Shown in pieces: positions 1-9,732 of a stretch of DNA of 64,000 nt. The stretch is taken from assembly GCA_040384485.1 (NCBI GenBank), contig JAZKJH010000003.1, positions 7,556 to 71,555 of the forward strand, read 5' to 3'. A program made the position numbers and the translations under genes. Below the pieces are notes generated by a model. It made no database searches. It was not told the DNA's origin and worked only from the letters and a program-made list of their open reading frames with translations. The number at the start of each line of letters is the position of its first letter. The stretch's first letter is position 1. This DNA is from Patescibacteria group bacterium (lineage in GTDB: Bacteria; Patescibacteriota; Minisyncoccia; Phycocordibacterales; DATDWN01).

Positions 1-1
1 A

Positions 2-946
2 TTCGACATTACCTTTTGGAGAGTAACCTCTCGCAAAAGATGTTGCGGTCGGAAACAGTGTCAAAACCAGGGTGTCGTCTCTCACCGAAACAGTTCTCGG
101 TGTAAGAAACGAAAGGTACTTCAGGAGTTTTAGGTCGAGTAGAGATGGGTTCTCATCCGCCCTGTTACCCATGAGTCCATACCCTGTGTAATGATTCAGT
201 CCCAAGATGTGCATGAGTTCATGACGGATCAGGTCTATCACGAGCGCATTGGCATTCTTGAATGACATAGTACCACCAGCTATTCGACCATCATCATGGA
301 ATTTCCTGGATACCTGACCGGAAGAACCGATCGTTTCATCTATGGTGACAGAAAACGCGACTGGCTCATTACCTGGTTTGGTTCCTGCGGTAGCAGAAAT
401 TCTTCCTTCCAGCATGTTGTTTAGCCAGACTGTTTCCTCTATGACCATATTTAACCCTGGAAAGTTTTTCAACAATTCTGGGTCGATGTTGATATAGAGG
501 TTGTCTTTCAAAATGAGTGCTGGTCTCTTGCCAGGATTTGAAGGAGCTGTTGTGTCTCCGTATATCGCCTCTTCAATGAACTGTTGGGTGATAACGCCAT
601 CCAGTCTCATGATTTTATAATCAGCGACCTTAGATCGAAGTTTGGTGTTCCATGGACCATGAAACCCGTTGGCCTCAATCTTCATGTTTGGCTCAGTCCC
701 GGTAGGAACTTCCCACACAACTTTTCCTTCGGCGTCGGCAGTCTTTTTGATTCCGCCAACATCTACAACTGCTCCAAAAACTGGAGTATTGTTTTCGTCT
801 ACCACTCTCATTGTGACAGCGGTAGTTGGCGCACTCGGTGGCGCAGATGGACCGGTTGGAGCTTCTGTACCACCTCCGCTTCCGCCACAAGAAATATTGA
901 TGACCATGGTGGTCACCAGAACAAAGCGTACAAAAAATACTCTCAC
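2..946 (-). CDS. Lipoprotein with metzincin (matrixin-like) zinc metalloprotease domain; runs off the left window edge
   Basis: Not in the ORF track; translated by hand. GTG start at 946 with SD AGGGAGGT (951-958), lipobox-like INISCGG, HELMHILGLNH (223-191) followed by Met-turn GLMG; no stop seen before the edge. Confidence 0.8.
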   Translation of the reverse strand, partial: MRVFFVRFVLVTTMVINISCGGSGGGTEAPTGPSAPPSAPTTAVTMRVVDENNTPVFGAVVDVGGIKKTADAEGKVVWEVPTGTEPNMKIEANGFHGPWNTKLRSKVADYKIMRLDGVITQQFIEEAIYGDTTAPSNPGKRPALILKDNLYINIDPELLKNFPGLNMVIEETVWLNNMLEGRISATAGTKPGNEPVAFSVTIDETIGSSGQVSRKFHDDGRIAGGTMSFKNANALVIDLIRHELMHILGLNHYTGYGLMGNRADENPSLLDLKLLKYLSFLTPRTVSVRDDTLVLTLFPTATSFARGYSPKGNVE

Positions 947-1046
947 GGCGACCTCCCTTGTCTATGTTTGTTTGCAAAAATCAACGAACTTTATCTGGCT
1001 TAATCCTACCACCAAGCACATTTGGACACAAGTCAACCCCCTATAC

Positions 1047-1080
1047 AAAAACCACAGCAACTTTCATTGCTGTGGTTTTT
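1047..1080 (-). terminator. Intrinsic terminator after the 1382-aa surface protein gene
   Basis: AAAAACCACAGCAA-ctttc-ATTGCTGTGGTTTTT inverted repeat with T/A tracts on both sides. Confidence 0.75.
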
Positions 1081-1090
1081 GATTTTCATT

Positions 1091-4000
1091 TTAGAATTCC
1101 AAATAATCAAACAATCTAGGAATAAAGTTTGGAATAATAGTTCCAGGTTGCTCTACTTCTAACACACACAAGTATGATGAGTCGGTACATAGACCACTCC
1201 AACCAGAGAACTTCCAGAAAGAAGATATCGGATATGCTCGAAGATAGATGACTGTTCCTTCTTCATATATCACTGGACAGTCTGTCGTTCCTGGCTGACA
1301 AGTGATACCCCCTTCGATATCTACACTACCTTTTGGAGTGGCATCGATAACAATGTTGTGTTGAGCTTGAGGGTTTGAAGCTGTACAAGTTCCACTAGGT
1401 GCTCCTCCGTTTAGACCGTTACATACCCATGTTGCACTCGCTCCCGGAGCTGGGAAGGCAGGACTGGCTGACTGAGACCCGGCAGAACAATATGTATCGC
1501 TTCCGTATGAACTAGATCCTACTGGATACGTTCTGTTTGCTGTTCCGCAGAATCCGTTTACAGGAGCAGCAGAAATAGTTACAGAGTAGTTTGTCCATGC
1601 TGAGTTAAGTCCTGGTGCATCTTGAGTTAGGGCTCTGAACGTTTTAGCTCCTGTTGTCGTCCAAGAATATGTAGTGTTTCTGCTTGTTCCTGAACTTACA
1701 TATGATACTCCAGCCGGAAGCCACTCGTCTGCAGTTCCATCCATGTTCCAGTCGACTCCGTATCTTACGGTATCGCTTTGAGCATCCGTAGCTGAGAAAG
1801 TATATGTATAACTTGTATCTGGGTAACCGCTGGTAGAACCAGAAATTGTAGGAACATTTGGAGCTGTGTTACAAGTTGCTGTTGCCGCACAAGCTTGTGA
1901 AGATGCTCCGGAACAGGTTGCTCCTCCGTATGCCGGAGTTGGGTTGGTACAAGTTCTAGTTTGAGAACTTGCAGGTAAACCGCAAGCAGTAGGACATGAT
2001 GCTGGAGACCAAGCTGACCAACCACCATCTAATGACATGTTGAAGTTGGTATCATTGTTTACCCAACCTTGATACAAACCTTGAGTATTGTGAACATAAC
2101 CAGAAATATCGTTACCTGTTGTTGGTGTCGTAAAGTTGGTGTTAGCAATAATAGTAAATGTAGTTGTTCTAGTAATTCCACTTACTGAAGTTCTACAAGA
2201 AACTAGATTTATGTACTCATGACCATAACCATATTGAATTGCGGCCACCCCTTCAGGTAAGTTGCTGCTGTTAAGACAAGTCATTTTATTCTTCTGACTA
2301 TCCCATCCAGTATAGTTGGTATCATAGTACCAAGTTAGATAACCTCTATAGTTACCGATGTTTCCGCCTTGGTAGTTAATGAGGGCATACTCGTGAGTAA
2401 TACTCGCACCTCCACCAATGCCAGTTGGATTAGTTCCAGTTACAACTACATTGTACTGAGTTGAACCATTTGGGTTAACATTTGTTGAACTGATTGTGGT
2501 GCTGACATGTGATGGATAAGCAGAAGCGAAAGTTGCAGAGATAGTTTGACTAGAAGTGATGTTGTTAAAAGTATACGCACTGACTGCTCCAACCGATGAA
2601 CCGTTTACAAGAACATCTGAAATGTAGTACCCAGCAGAAGGTGAAATCGTATATGCTTGACTGCTTCCATATGTTTTAGATGTAGCTCCTGCTGGAGAAA
2701 CAGTTCCACCAGATCCGGCTGAAGCAGTTATGGTGTAAGAGTTTAAAGCACAAGTTGCCGATACTGTACACGCACCAGTTATTGCTCCGGTGGTATAAGT
2801 TGTTCCTGAAAGAGATCCACTACAACCACTAACAGACGGTGTGCCGTAGCCTGTACTCGGAGTTACAGTAAAAGTTGTTGCTGAACCATTATTTACCGAT
2901 CGAGAACTTGGTGATATGGAACAACCCGTTCCCGCTGAAGTTGAGACATTATGTACCAGGCCAAAATTTATATCGAAGTTATCCCAACCGTCTCCAAGGT
3001 TACCGGTGTTCTGTACCGCTCCAGATATATCGTTTGCTGATCCGGGAGAAGTGAAAGCAGGATCAAACCTAACGTTAAAGTTAACTGTTCTACTGTTTCC
3101 AGAATCACTCACAGTACAAGAGTTAAGGTTGATGTATTCCGTACCGTAACCCAATCCATATACAATACCAACTCCCCCTCCACAACTCGCAGTACTACCT
3201 GGTTTTGCTGACCACAAACTACTTGCTCCTGTGTTCCACATTAGATATCCCTTGTAGTTACCTCCATTTCCACCTTGATAGTTAATAAGACCAAGTAAAT
3301 AATATAGATTAGATGCGCCTCCTGGATTAGAGCCGGTAACGGAAACTGTGTATGCAGTAGAGTTGTCAGCAACTATATTTGAAGAACTTATTGTTACACT
3401 ATCCACTGAAGGTGTACATGTGTTATTTGCTGGTGTTGTTGCGGAACAACTACTCCAACCACTCCATGATCCCTGACTGCAAGTTCTGGTTTGCGTACCT
3501 GTTGATGTGCTTCCGCAGGCATTCGCCGCAGAGGTACAACTTTGTGAAGATGCTCCAGAACAAGCTGGGTAATCTACCGTAATAGATGCCGTATCTGATG
3601 CGGCTGTTCCAGCAGCATTAACACAAGTAAAAGTATATGTTGCATTTCCTTGTCCCCATGATAAATTCCCCGAGTCATAACTGGTCGCACCAAGAGGTGC
3701 GTTAGTCCAGTTTCCAGAGTAACTACCTGAACGAGACCACGTACAAGAGGATGCATTTGTTGATGTCATTGTTATACGAAAAGATGTCGGACTCTGTACG
3801 CTAGTTGGCGTTGCAGTTGCATCAACAGTAGAAAGTGGGCACAACGCATTTGATGGAGTTACTCCTGCTGCTCCACTACATGTTCCGTTACACTGTTGTG
3901 TACCTGCGCTACCAGGGTTAGTCATCCCACAAGCGTTTGGCGAAGACGTCGCACCAGTACATGCATTGCCGTATCCCGTAGGGTTTGCTGGTGCAGTAGA

Positions 4001-5239
4001 TGAACAAGTTCCGTTACATTGCCAAGTACCATTCGCCTGAGTTTGTCCACACGCGTTAGCTGGAGATGTACATGCTGCACCATATGTGTTTCCTCCAGGT
4101 ATTGTTACTGCTGGTGCAGTAGATGAGCAGCTTCCGTTACATTGTAAAGTTCCATTTGCTTGAGTTTGTCCACACACGTTAGCTGGCGATGTACATGAGT
4201 TTCCGTATCCAGCTGGGTTTGATGGCGTTGAAGCTGAACAGCTACTCCAGCCGCTCCAACTTCCCGCATTACAAGTTCTAGTTTGAGTACCATTTGCAGT
4301 TGTACCACAGGAGTTAGCAGCGGATGTACAGCTTTGCGAAGATTCCCCAACACAAGGCGGGTAGGTCACAGTAAAGTTTTGAGTCAGCTCATTGCCAAAC
4401 CATTCGTAACCTGAATTGCCTCCTCCAATATTCCCACACTGAGTCCCATCCCATAGCTGATATGTATAGTCTGGAAAAGGCCCGTGATGCATCTGCATAG
4501 TAAGACTATAATTTCCAGGCGTAGATGGTGCAGTCAGAGTAATAGTTCTGTAGCCCCAAGAACCCCCACCATATCCACTAGGAGCAGTCGGGGGATTAGC
4601 ATAAGAACCTAGGTCATCCGAATACAAACTGAGAGACTGGCCTCCGCTCTTTTGAATAAATTTATAAAACGCTGTACTGTCCCATCCCCAACCTCCGTGG
4701 TACCACCAGGTCGTTCCGGTGTTTCTAATTCTTACTGTAAAGTTATAGGTCTGACCTATTATCATTGTTCCAGGCAATGCACTCGTTAGTTCGGCTTCTG
4801 CGGATTCTATACAACTATCAGAAATAGTGTGTACAACTCCAGGGCCTGAGCTATATGTTGCTCTATAGAAATTTGAATAACCACAAAATGTTGGAACATT
4901 CGATGCATCGTAAACATAAACGTGAACAAAAATGTTCCCTGTTTCTGGATGACTTGCAAGGTTTATGTCTGCATACCAGGTACCACCTCCCTGGTTAACA
5001 CCTGGATACCAAACTATGTCGTCCTGTCCTCCTGATTCACTCCAAGTCGGAAAGTATAAATGCCCCAATGAACCAGTAACACCATGTGCATATGCTCTTC
5101 TGGTTCCAGAGACGCCATAAACTGTATCCCCACTAGGAGCAGCGTAGGAACACCATGCTGCTTGAGCACCTACTTCACTTGGGATAATTAGGCTTCCTAA
5201 AAAAGTAATTATCAATCCCAAAAAAATGAGTTTTTTCAT
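1091..5239 (-). CDS. Large secreted Cys/Ser/Thr-rich multidomain surface protein (GBS Bsp-like repeat, NBR1-Ig-like, Cys-rich repeats, TSP1-like, PKD-like, InlB-B/Flg_new-like)
   Basis: Signal peptide; WSESGGQDDIVWY (Bsp-like); VRIRNTGTTWW; repeated CTSxANxCG; DGGWSAWSPASCPTACG...QTRTCTNPTPAYGGATC (TSP1-like). Confidence 0.8.
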   Translation of the reverse strand: MKKLIFLGLIITFLGSLIIPSEVGAQAAWCSYAAPSGDTVYGVSGTRRAYAHGVTGSLGHLYFPTWSESGGQDDIVWYPGVNQGGGTWYADINLASHPETGNIFVHVYVYDASNVPTFCGYSNFYRATYSSGPGVVHTISDSCIESAEAELTSALPGTMIIGQTYNFTVRIRNTGTTWWYHGGWGWDSTAFYKFIQKSGGQSLSLYSDDLGSYANPPTAPSGYGGGSWGYRTITLTAPSTPGNYSLTMQMHHGPFPDYTYQLWDGTQCGNIGGGNSGYEWFGNELTQNFTVTYPPCVGESSQSCTSAANSCGTTANGTQTRTCNAGSWSGWSSCSASTPSNPAGYGNSCTSPANVCGQTQANGTLQCNGSCSSTAPAVTIPGGNTYGAACTSPANACGQTQANGTWQCNGTCSSTAPANPTGYGNACTGATSSPNACGMTNPGSAGTQQCNGTCSGAAGVTPSNALCPLSTVDATATPTSVQSPTSFRITMTSTNASSCTWSRSGSYSGNWTNAPLGATSYDSGNLSWGQGNATYTFTCVNAAGTAASDTASITVDYPACSGASSQSCTSAANACGSTSTGTQTRTCSQGSWSGWSSCSATTPANNTCTPSVDSVTISSSNIVADNSTAYTVSVTGSNPGGASNLYYLLGLINYQGGNGGNYKGYLMWNTGASSLWSAKPGSTASCGGGVGIVYGLGYGTEYINLNSCTVSDSGNSRTVNFNVRFDPAFTSPGSANDISGAVQNTGNLGDGWDNFDINFGLVHNVSTSAGTGCSISPSSRSVNNGSATTFTVTPSTGYGTPSVSGCSGSLSGTTYTTGAITGACTVSATCALNSYTITASAGSGGTVSPAGATSKTYGSSQAYTISPSAGYYISDVLVNGSSVGAVSAYTFNNITSSQTISATFASAYPSHVSTTISSTNVNPNGSTQYNVVVTGTNPTGIGGGASITHEYALINYQGGNIGNYRGYLTWYYDTNYTGWDSQKNKMTCLNSSNLPEGVAAIQYGYGHEYINLVSCRTSVSGITRTTTFTIIANTNFTTPTTGNDISGYVHNTQGLYQGWVNNDTNFNMSLDGGWSAWSPASCPTACGLPASSQTRTCTNPTPAYGGATCSGASSQACAATATCNTAPNVPTISGSTSGYPDTSYTYTFSATDAQSDTVRYGVDWNMDGTADEWLPAGVSYVSSGTSRNTTYSWTTTGAKTFRALTQDAPGLNSAWTNYSVTISAAPVNGFCGTANRTYPVGSSSYGSDTYCSAGSQSASPAFPAPGASATWVCNGLNGGAPSGTCTASNPQAQHNIVIDATPKGSVDIEGGITCQPGTTDCPVIYEEGTVIYLRAYPISSFWKFSGWSGLCTDSSYLCVLEVEQPGTIIPNFIPRLFDYLEF
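1092..1764. repeat. 673-bp direct repeat, copy 1 (copy 2 at 5749-6421)
   Basis: No differences seen on comparison at offset 4657; encodes the same C-terminal ~223 aa in both proteins. Confidence 0.9.
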
Positions 5240-5243
5240 GTTA

Positions 5244-5624
5244 TTAAAAATTTAGAATCTGAACTTTGTCTGCTAGATACTGACCCTCCCCGTCAACTTT
5301 ATAAAAGACAACTACTCGTTGCCCAACTTTTATATCTGAAATAGAAGCTGGTATGTTTTTGTATGCATTACCTTCTTTAATTTGTTGGGTAAAAACAGTA
5401 GTGCTATCCAACAAAGCTATTGTTTGAGTGGAGCCGGCAGTCAGGGTAATAGTTTGTCCTTCCAGACTTACAACATCCGCCATAATAAAATCAGGTAATA
5501 CACCTACATTTTCATTTTGTGAGTTAATATTTTTATTTGAGGAACTTTTTTCATAAAAGTAGAAACAAAAGAGAATCACTAGAAAAACCACCAACAAACC
5601 CAAAAAAGATTTATACTTTTTCAT
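5244..5624 (-). CDS. Small membrane-anchored protein with probable OB-fold (DUF5666-like)
   Basis: N-terminal TM helix; SDIKVGQRVVV motif; ends 4 nt before the start of the 1382-aa gene. Confidence 0.6.
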   Translation of the reverse strand: MKKYKSFLGLLVVFLVILFCFYFYEKSSSNKNINSQNENVGVLPDFIMADVVSLEGQTITLTAGSTQTIALLDSTTVFTQQIKEGNAYKNIPASISDIKVGQRVVVFYKVDGEGQYLADKVQILNF

Positions 5625-5637
5625 AATACCTATATTC

Positions 5638-5681
5638 TACTATACATAAAAATAGAATACACTTTTTGCATTGTGGATAGT
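5638..5681 (-). promoter_or_regulatory. Duplicated 44-bp upstream motif containing a DnaA-box-like CTATCCACA (copy 1)
   Basis: tactatacataaaaatagaatacactttttgcattgtggatagt closely matches 8295-8338. Confidence 0.6.
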
Positions 5682-5747
5682 ACACCAAACGGCTGTATAA
5701 AAACACTGCTTCAAATCAGGTTTGGCTAGGTTACTTTTTTCGTGACC

Positions 5748-8222
5748 CTAGAATTCCAAATAATCAAACAATCTAGGAATAAAGTTTGGAATAATAGTTC
5801 CAGGTTGCTCTACTTCTAACACACACAAGTATGATGAGTCGGTACATAGACCACTCCAACCAGAGAACTTCCAGAAAGAAGATATCGGATATGCTCGAAG
5901 ATAGATGACTGTTCCTTCTTCATATATCACTGGACAGTCTGTCGTTCCTGGCTGACAAGTGATACCCCCTTCGATATCTACACTACCTTTTGGAGTGGCA
6001 TCGATAACAATGTTGTGTTGAGCTTGAGGGTTTGAAGCTGTACAAGTTCCACTAGGTGCTCCTCCGTTTAGACCGTTACATACCCATGTTGCACTCGCTC
6101 CCGGAGCTGGGAAGGCAGGACTGGCTGACTGAGACCCGGCAGAACAATATGTATCGCTTCCGTATGAACTAGATCCTACTGGATACGTTCTGTTTGCTGT
6201 TCCGCAGAATCCGTTTACAGGAGCAGCAGAAATAGTTACAGAGTAGTTTGTCCATGCTGAGTTAAGTCCTGGTGCATCTTGAGTTAGGGCTCTGAACGTT
6301 TTAGCTCCTGTTGTCGTCCAAGAATATGTAGTGTTTCTGCTTGTTCCTGAACTTACATATGATACTCCAGCCGGAAGCCACTCGTCTGCAGTTCCATCCA
6401 TGTTCCAGTCGACTCCGTATCGGATTTGGTCGCCTTGTGGATCAGTCGCAGTAAATGTGTATGTGTAACTTGTGCTTGGATATCCTGTCGTTGGACCAGA
6501 TATTGTTGGGGCGTTTGCTGATGTATTACATGATGCTAAAGGAGAAGTAGTTTGAGCTGGGCTAGTTGCTCTTGACCCCGACTGCCCACCAGCATTTGAT
6601 GCTCTAACAGTATATGTATATGCAGTTGAACCACTCAAGCCAGTGTCTGAATGAGACGTACCTGTACTGTTATAAATCACTGCTCCATTTCTGTAAACTT
6701 GATAACTTGTCGCTCCAGACACAGAAGACCATGACAAATTGATAGTGCCGGTACCGCAAGTACTCGGTGTTGCGGTAAGAGATGCTGGAATAGCTGGTGG
6801 ATTTGCAGTCCATGTAGCAGTTAGACTTTGACCACCAGATGGCATAGTTGAAGCTAATGCTGGAGACCATCCTGCAAAAATGAATCCGGCCCTAGTCGGG
6901 TTTGCTGGTGCTGAAACAGCAGTACCGTATTGTTGCGTAATAGTTGAAACGGCAGAACCACCTGCTGAGTTGAAGGTTATGTTGTACGAATTTACGGTAC
7001 ATCCAGTTGCTGAATACGTACCAGACAATGAACCGTTTGAACAAGTTCTTGTTTGCGATGAACATACATCAGCAGCTGATGCAGAGTAAGCTGTGTTTGA
7101 ATACCCGTGAGCTACTGTTCCCCATGGACTTGAACAGCTAGCTGGACCTTCTACAGAACAAGATGTTGCTGTGTAGCTTCCTGACATACTTCCATTTGAA
7201 CAAGTTCTAGTTTGAGGTGCACATGATGAGCCGTATGGTACTGATGAAGATTGGTAAGCTGTGTTTGAATACCCGTGAGCTACTGTTCCCCATGGACTTG
7301 AACAGCTAGCTGGACCTTCTACAGAACAAGATGTTGCTGTGTAGCTTCCGGTCAGTGTTCCGCTTGAACATGTTCGTGTTTGGGATGCACAAGAGGAACC
7401 GTATGGGACCGAAGATGTTTGGTATGCAGTGTTTGAGTATCCATGCGTTACTGCTCCCCAAGGGGTACTCGCACAACCTGGGGTACAAGATGTAACTGTG
7501 TAGCTTCCTGACATGCTTCCGTTTGAACAAGTTCTAGTTTGAGGAGAACATGCGCCTGCTGGAGACGACTCAGAGTATGCAGTGTTAGAGTACCCGTGAG
7601 CTACTGTTCCCCATGGACTAGAACAACCACAATAATTAGCGACAGCGGTTGGACCACTAGACGCAGATGGTGACGTGCCACCTGCATTTGAAGCAGTTAT
7701 TGTATATGAGTAGGATCCTCCTATTGTAAGTCCGGTGTCTGAAATAGCTAGAGACCCTCCGTTGTATATAAGTGTGCCGTTTCTATATACTTGGTAACTT
7801 GTTGCTCCTGCCACTGCATTCCATGAAAGATTTATCCAGTTATTACCACAAGAACTGGGTCCTGACCAAAAACCTGTTACCGTTTCCAGTATTGAACCGT
7901 AACAATAAGCCACATCTTGATTCCCTAGGTTTCTAGTATAACCTTCGTACACATATCCGCTTTGAAAATAACAAATGTTTGAAAAGGTATATGGATTTAC
8001 TGTTTGATATTCGGTTGTACCTCCCCCATTATTTGAACACGAAACTCTATACTCGTGGGCAGTTCCGTCCCAACTGCCAGATGTTGGGGTGGCTAAAATG
8101 GTTATGTCAGCATAACCACCGCTTTGACTAACTTGTACCGAACAAACTTCTTCAGCCAAAAGCGTACCTGCCGAAAAAACATATAAAAATGCGAGCGCAA
8201 AAACAAATATAAAATTTTTCAT
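5748..8222 (-). CDS. Secreted Cys-rich surface protein (FN3-like, CSSPWGTVAHGYSNTAY repeats, InlB B-repeat, PKD-like), paralog of 1091-5239
   Basis: Signal peptide; two LSWxxVxGATSYQVYRNG FN3-like units; four ~51-56-aa Cys repeats; NPTRAGFIFAGW B-repeat; C-terminus identical to the 1382-aa protein. Confidence 0.8.
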   Translation of the reverse strand: MKNFIFVFALAFLYVFSAGTLLAEEVCSVQVSQSGGYADITILATPTSGSWDGTAHEYRVSCSNNGGGTTEYQTVNPYTFSNICYFQSGYVYEGYTRNLGNQDVAYCYGSILETVTGFWSGPSSCGNNWINLSWNAVAGATSYQVYRNGTLIYNGGSLAISDTGLTIGGSYSYTITASNAGGTSPSASSGPTAVANYCGCSSPWGTVAHGYSNTAYSESSPAGACSPQTRTCSNGSMSGSYTVTSCTPGCASTPWGAVTHGYSNTAYQTSSVPYGSSCASQTRTCSSGTLTGSYTATSCSVEGPASCSSPWGTVAHGYSNTAYQSSSVPYGSSCAPQTRTCSNGSMSGSYTATSCSVEGPASCSSPWGTVAHGYSNTAYSASAADVCSSQTRTCSNGSLSGTYSATGCTVNSYNITFNSAGGSAVSTITQQYGTAVSAPANPTRAGFIFAGWSPALASTMPSGGQSLTATWTANPPAIPASLTATPSTCGTGTINLSWSSVSGATSYQVYRNGAVIYNSTGTSHSDTGLSGSTAYTYTVRASNAGGQSGSRATSPAQTTSPLASCNTSANAPTISGPTTGYPSTSYTYTFTATDPQGDQIRYGVDWNMDGTADEWLPAGVSYVSSGTSRNTTYSWTTTGAKTFRALTQDAPGLNSAWTNYSVTISAAPVNGFCGTANRTYPVGSSSYGSDTYCSAGSQSASPAFPAPGASATWVCNGLNGGAPSGTCTASNPQAQHNIVIDATPKGSVDIEGGITCQPGTTDCPVIYEEGTVIYLRAYPISSFWKFSGWSGLCTDSSYLCVLEVEQPGTIIPNFIPRLFDYLEF
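5749..6421. repeat. 673-bp direct repeat, copy 2
   Basis: Matches 1092-1764. Confidence 0.9.
7086..7349. repeat. Intragenic tandem repeat (168-bp period; 96-bp identical blocks at 7086-7181 and 7254-7349)
   Basis: Encodes GSYTATSCSVEGPASCSSPWGTVAHGYSNTAY twice; more diverged units continue to about 7630. Confidence 0.85.
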
Positions 8223-8294
8223 GAGATTATGCGTAGATTTAAATTTAGATTAAACCAAGATGTAATATTCAAACAGCACTAACTATATATAGCT

Positions 8295-8338
8295 TACTAC
8301 ACATGAAAATAGAATACATTTTTTCAGTTGTGGATAGT
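8295..8338 (-). promoter_or_regulatory. Duplicated 44-bp upstream motif with DnaA-box-like sequence (copy 2)
   Basis: tactacacatgaaaatagaatacattttttcagttgtggatagt, upstream of the 824-aa gene. Confidence 0.6.
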
Positions 8339-8342
8339 GCGA

Positions 8343-9689
8343 CTATATCCCCTGTCTTGAAAGTAGAGATTTTATCGTTTTGAGGGCGATTTTTATATCA
8401 AGCCAAAACGAGCGGTTCTTTATATAGTATATGTCGTAAGTCAGTTTCTCTTTTGTCAGAGACACTTCAGCTCCGTGGTGTGGGTGAATTTCCTGGTGGA
8501 TCTGAGCCCAGCCAGAGAGTCCTGGTTTTATAAGGTGTCTAATATTGTAATATGGTATTTCTTTGTCGTAGATAGAAACTCCGGAAGGCAACTCTGGTCT
8601 CGGTCCAATAAGGGAGATATCCCCTTTTATTACATTCCATAATTGAGGAAACTCATCTATTCTAGTTTTTCGAAGTATGTTACCAACTCTTGTCACGCGG
8701 TTTTCACTTCCTGCGTTCAAATCAACAATGTTTTTACTCATTGAACGAAATTTATAAAGCTTGATAAGTTTGCCGTCCTTTCCAACCCTTTCTTGAGAAA
8801 TAAATATCGAACCCTTGTCATCTAGTTTTATTGCAATGTAAACAAAAGGATAAAACAAAAGTGATGCGATTCCTAGAATTGCTGACAAAGTTATGTCCAT
8901 AATTCTCTTAAGAAAATCATAAGTGAAGTTTGGTGAGATGGATATGTTTTCCAAAAACCAACTATAGGTAACTAGGGACAGAGGGATGCGGTCGAAAATG
9001 TCCTCGTATATTTTATGAGAATCAATGAATCTAACTTTTGAAAATACCAAGTTATACAAATGTGGGAGCAGAGTGCTTATTTTTTCGTTTGCGAAATCAA
9101 CCGCAATTATTTTTATATCATTTGAATACACTTGCCTTATAATATCCTCTTGAATGTCGATAGAATCAATATTGTTTACATCTACCGAAGAAACAAACTG
9201 CAAGTCATATCTGTTGTTGCCATTTACTTCTGACAATAACTCTTTCATTTCACCTCCAGCTCCTATTATTAACGCAGGCTGCTTTTCCTTTTTTGTTATA
9301 ACTGACAAACCATACAGTCTCCAAAAAAGTACACCGGCAAAAGAAATAAGTAGATACAAAAACAATATAGTTTTTGGCGTGATACCAAAAAAAGGAAAAG
9401 CATAGAAAAAAACTACCGCTACAATACTGTTAGCAACTTGAGCATTAAAAACTATTGAAGGTAGCTTACTTTTAAGTATAAGGGTATGCTTTTCATACAA
9501 TCCTGCAATAAAATAAACTATGAACCACAATATGAATAGTAGAGAAAAAGGTATAAGGTGATCTAAATAAAGCTCTTTTTCTGGAAATTCTGTAAAGCGG
9601 ATAGAGAGTGTCAGCCAAAGTGAAAACGCAAAGAAAAATACATCTCCCAAAAAGAGTAGGACGGGTTCTTTTCTAGTAAGAATATCCAT
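8343..9689 (-). CDS. Polyprenyl-phosphate sugar phosphotransferase (WcaJ/WbaP-like)
   Basis: N-terminal TM helices; KFRSM, RKTRIDEFPQLWNVIKGDISLIGPRPE, KPGLSGWAQ. Confidence 0.92.
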   Translation of the reverse strand: MDILTRKEPVLLFLGDVFFFAFSLWLTLSIRFTEFPEKELYLDHLIPFSLLFILWFIVYFIAGLYEKHTLILKSKLPSIVFNAQVANSIVAVVFFYAFPFFGITPKTILFLYLLISFAGVLFWRLYGLSVITKKEKQPALIIGAGGEMKELLSEVNGNNRYDLQFVSSVDVNNIDSIDIQEDIIRQVYSNDIKIIAVDFANEKISTLLPHLYNLVFSKVRFIDSHKIYEDIFDRIPLSLVTYSWFLENISISPNFTYDFLKRIMDITLSAILGIASLLFYPFVYIAIKLDDKGSIFISQERVGKDGKLIKLYKFRSMSKNIVDLNAGSENRVTRVGNILRKTRIDEFPQLWNVIKGDISLIGPRPELPSGVSIYDKEIPYYNIRHLIKPGLSGWAQIHQEIHPHHGAEVSLTKEKLTYDIYYIKNRSFWLDIKIALKTIKSLLSRQGI

Positions 9690-9732
9690 ATGAAGTGCTA
9701 ATATAGTATGCTAAAATGACTACAAACGCAAT

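Noticed and set aside
584-1082. ORF-track entries 584-1003, 669-1082 and 693-977
   Set aside because: Shadow or alternative frames of the minus-strand metalloprotease gene (946 to the edge).
1092-6421. DGR template/variable repeat pair
   Set aside because: The copies show no adenine-specific mismatches and no reverse transcriptase is in the window; the Avd-like domain at 22952-23755 is fused to an HTH and distant.
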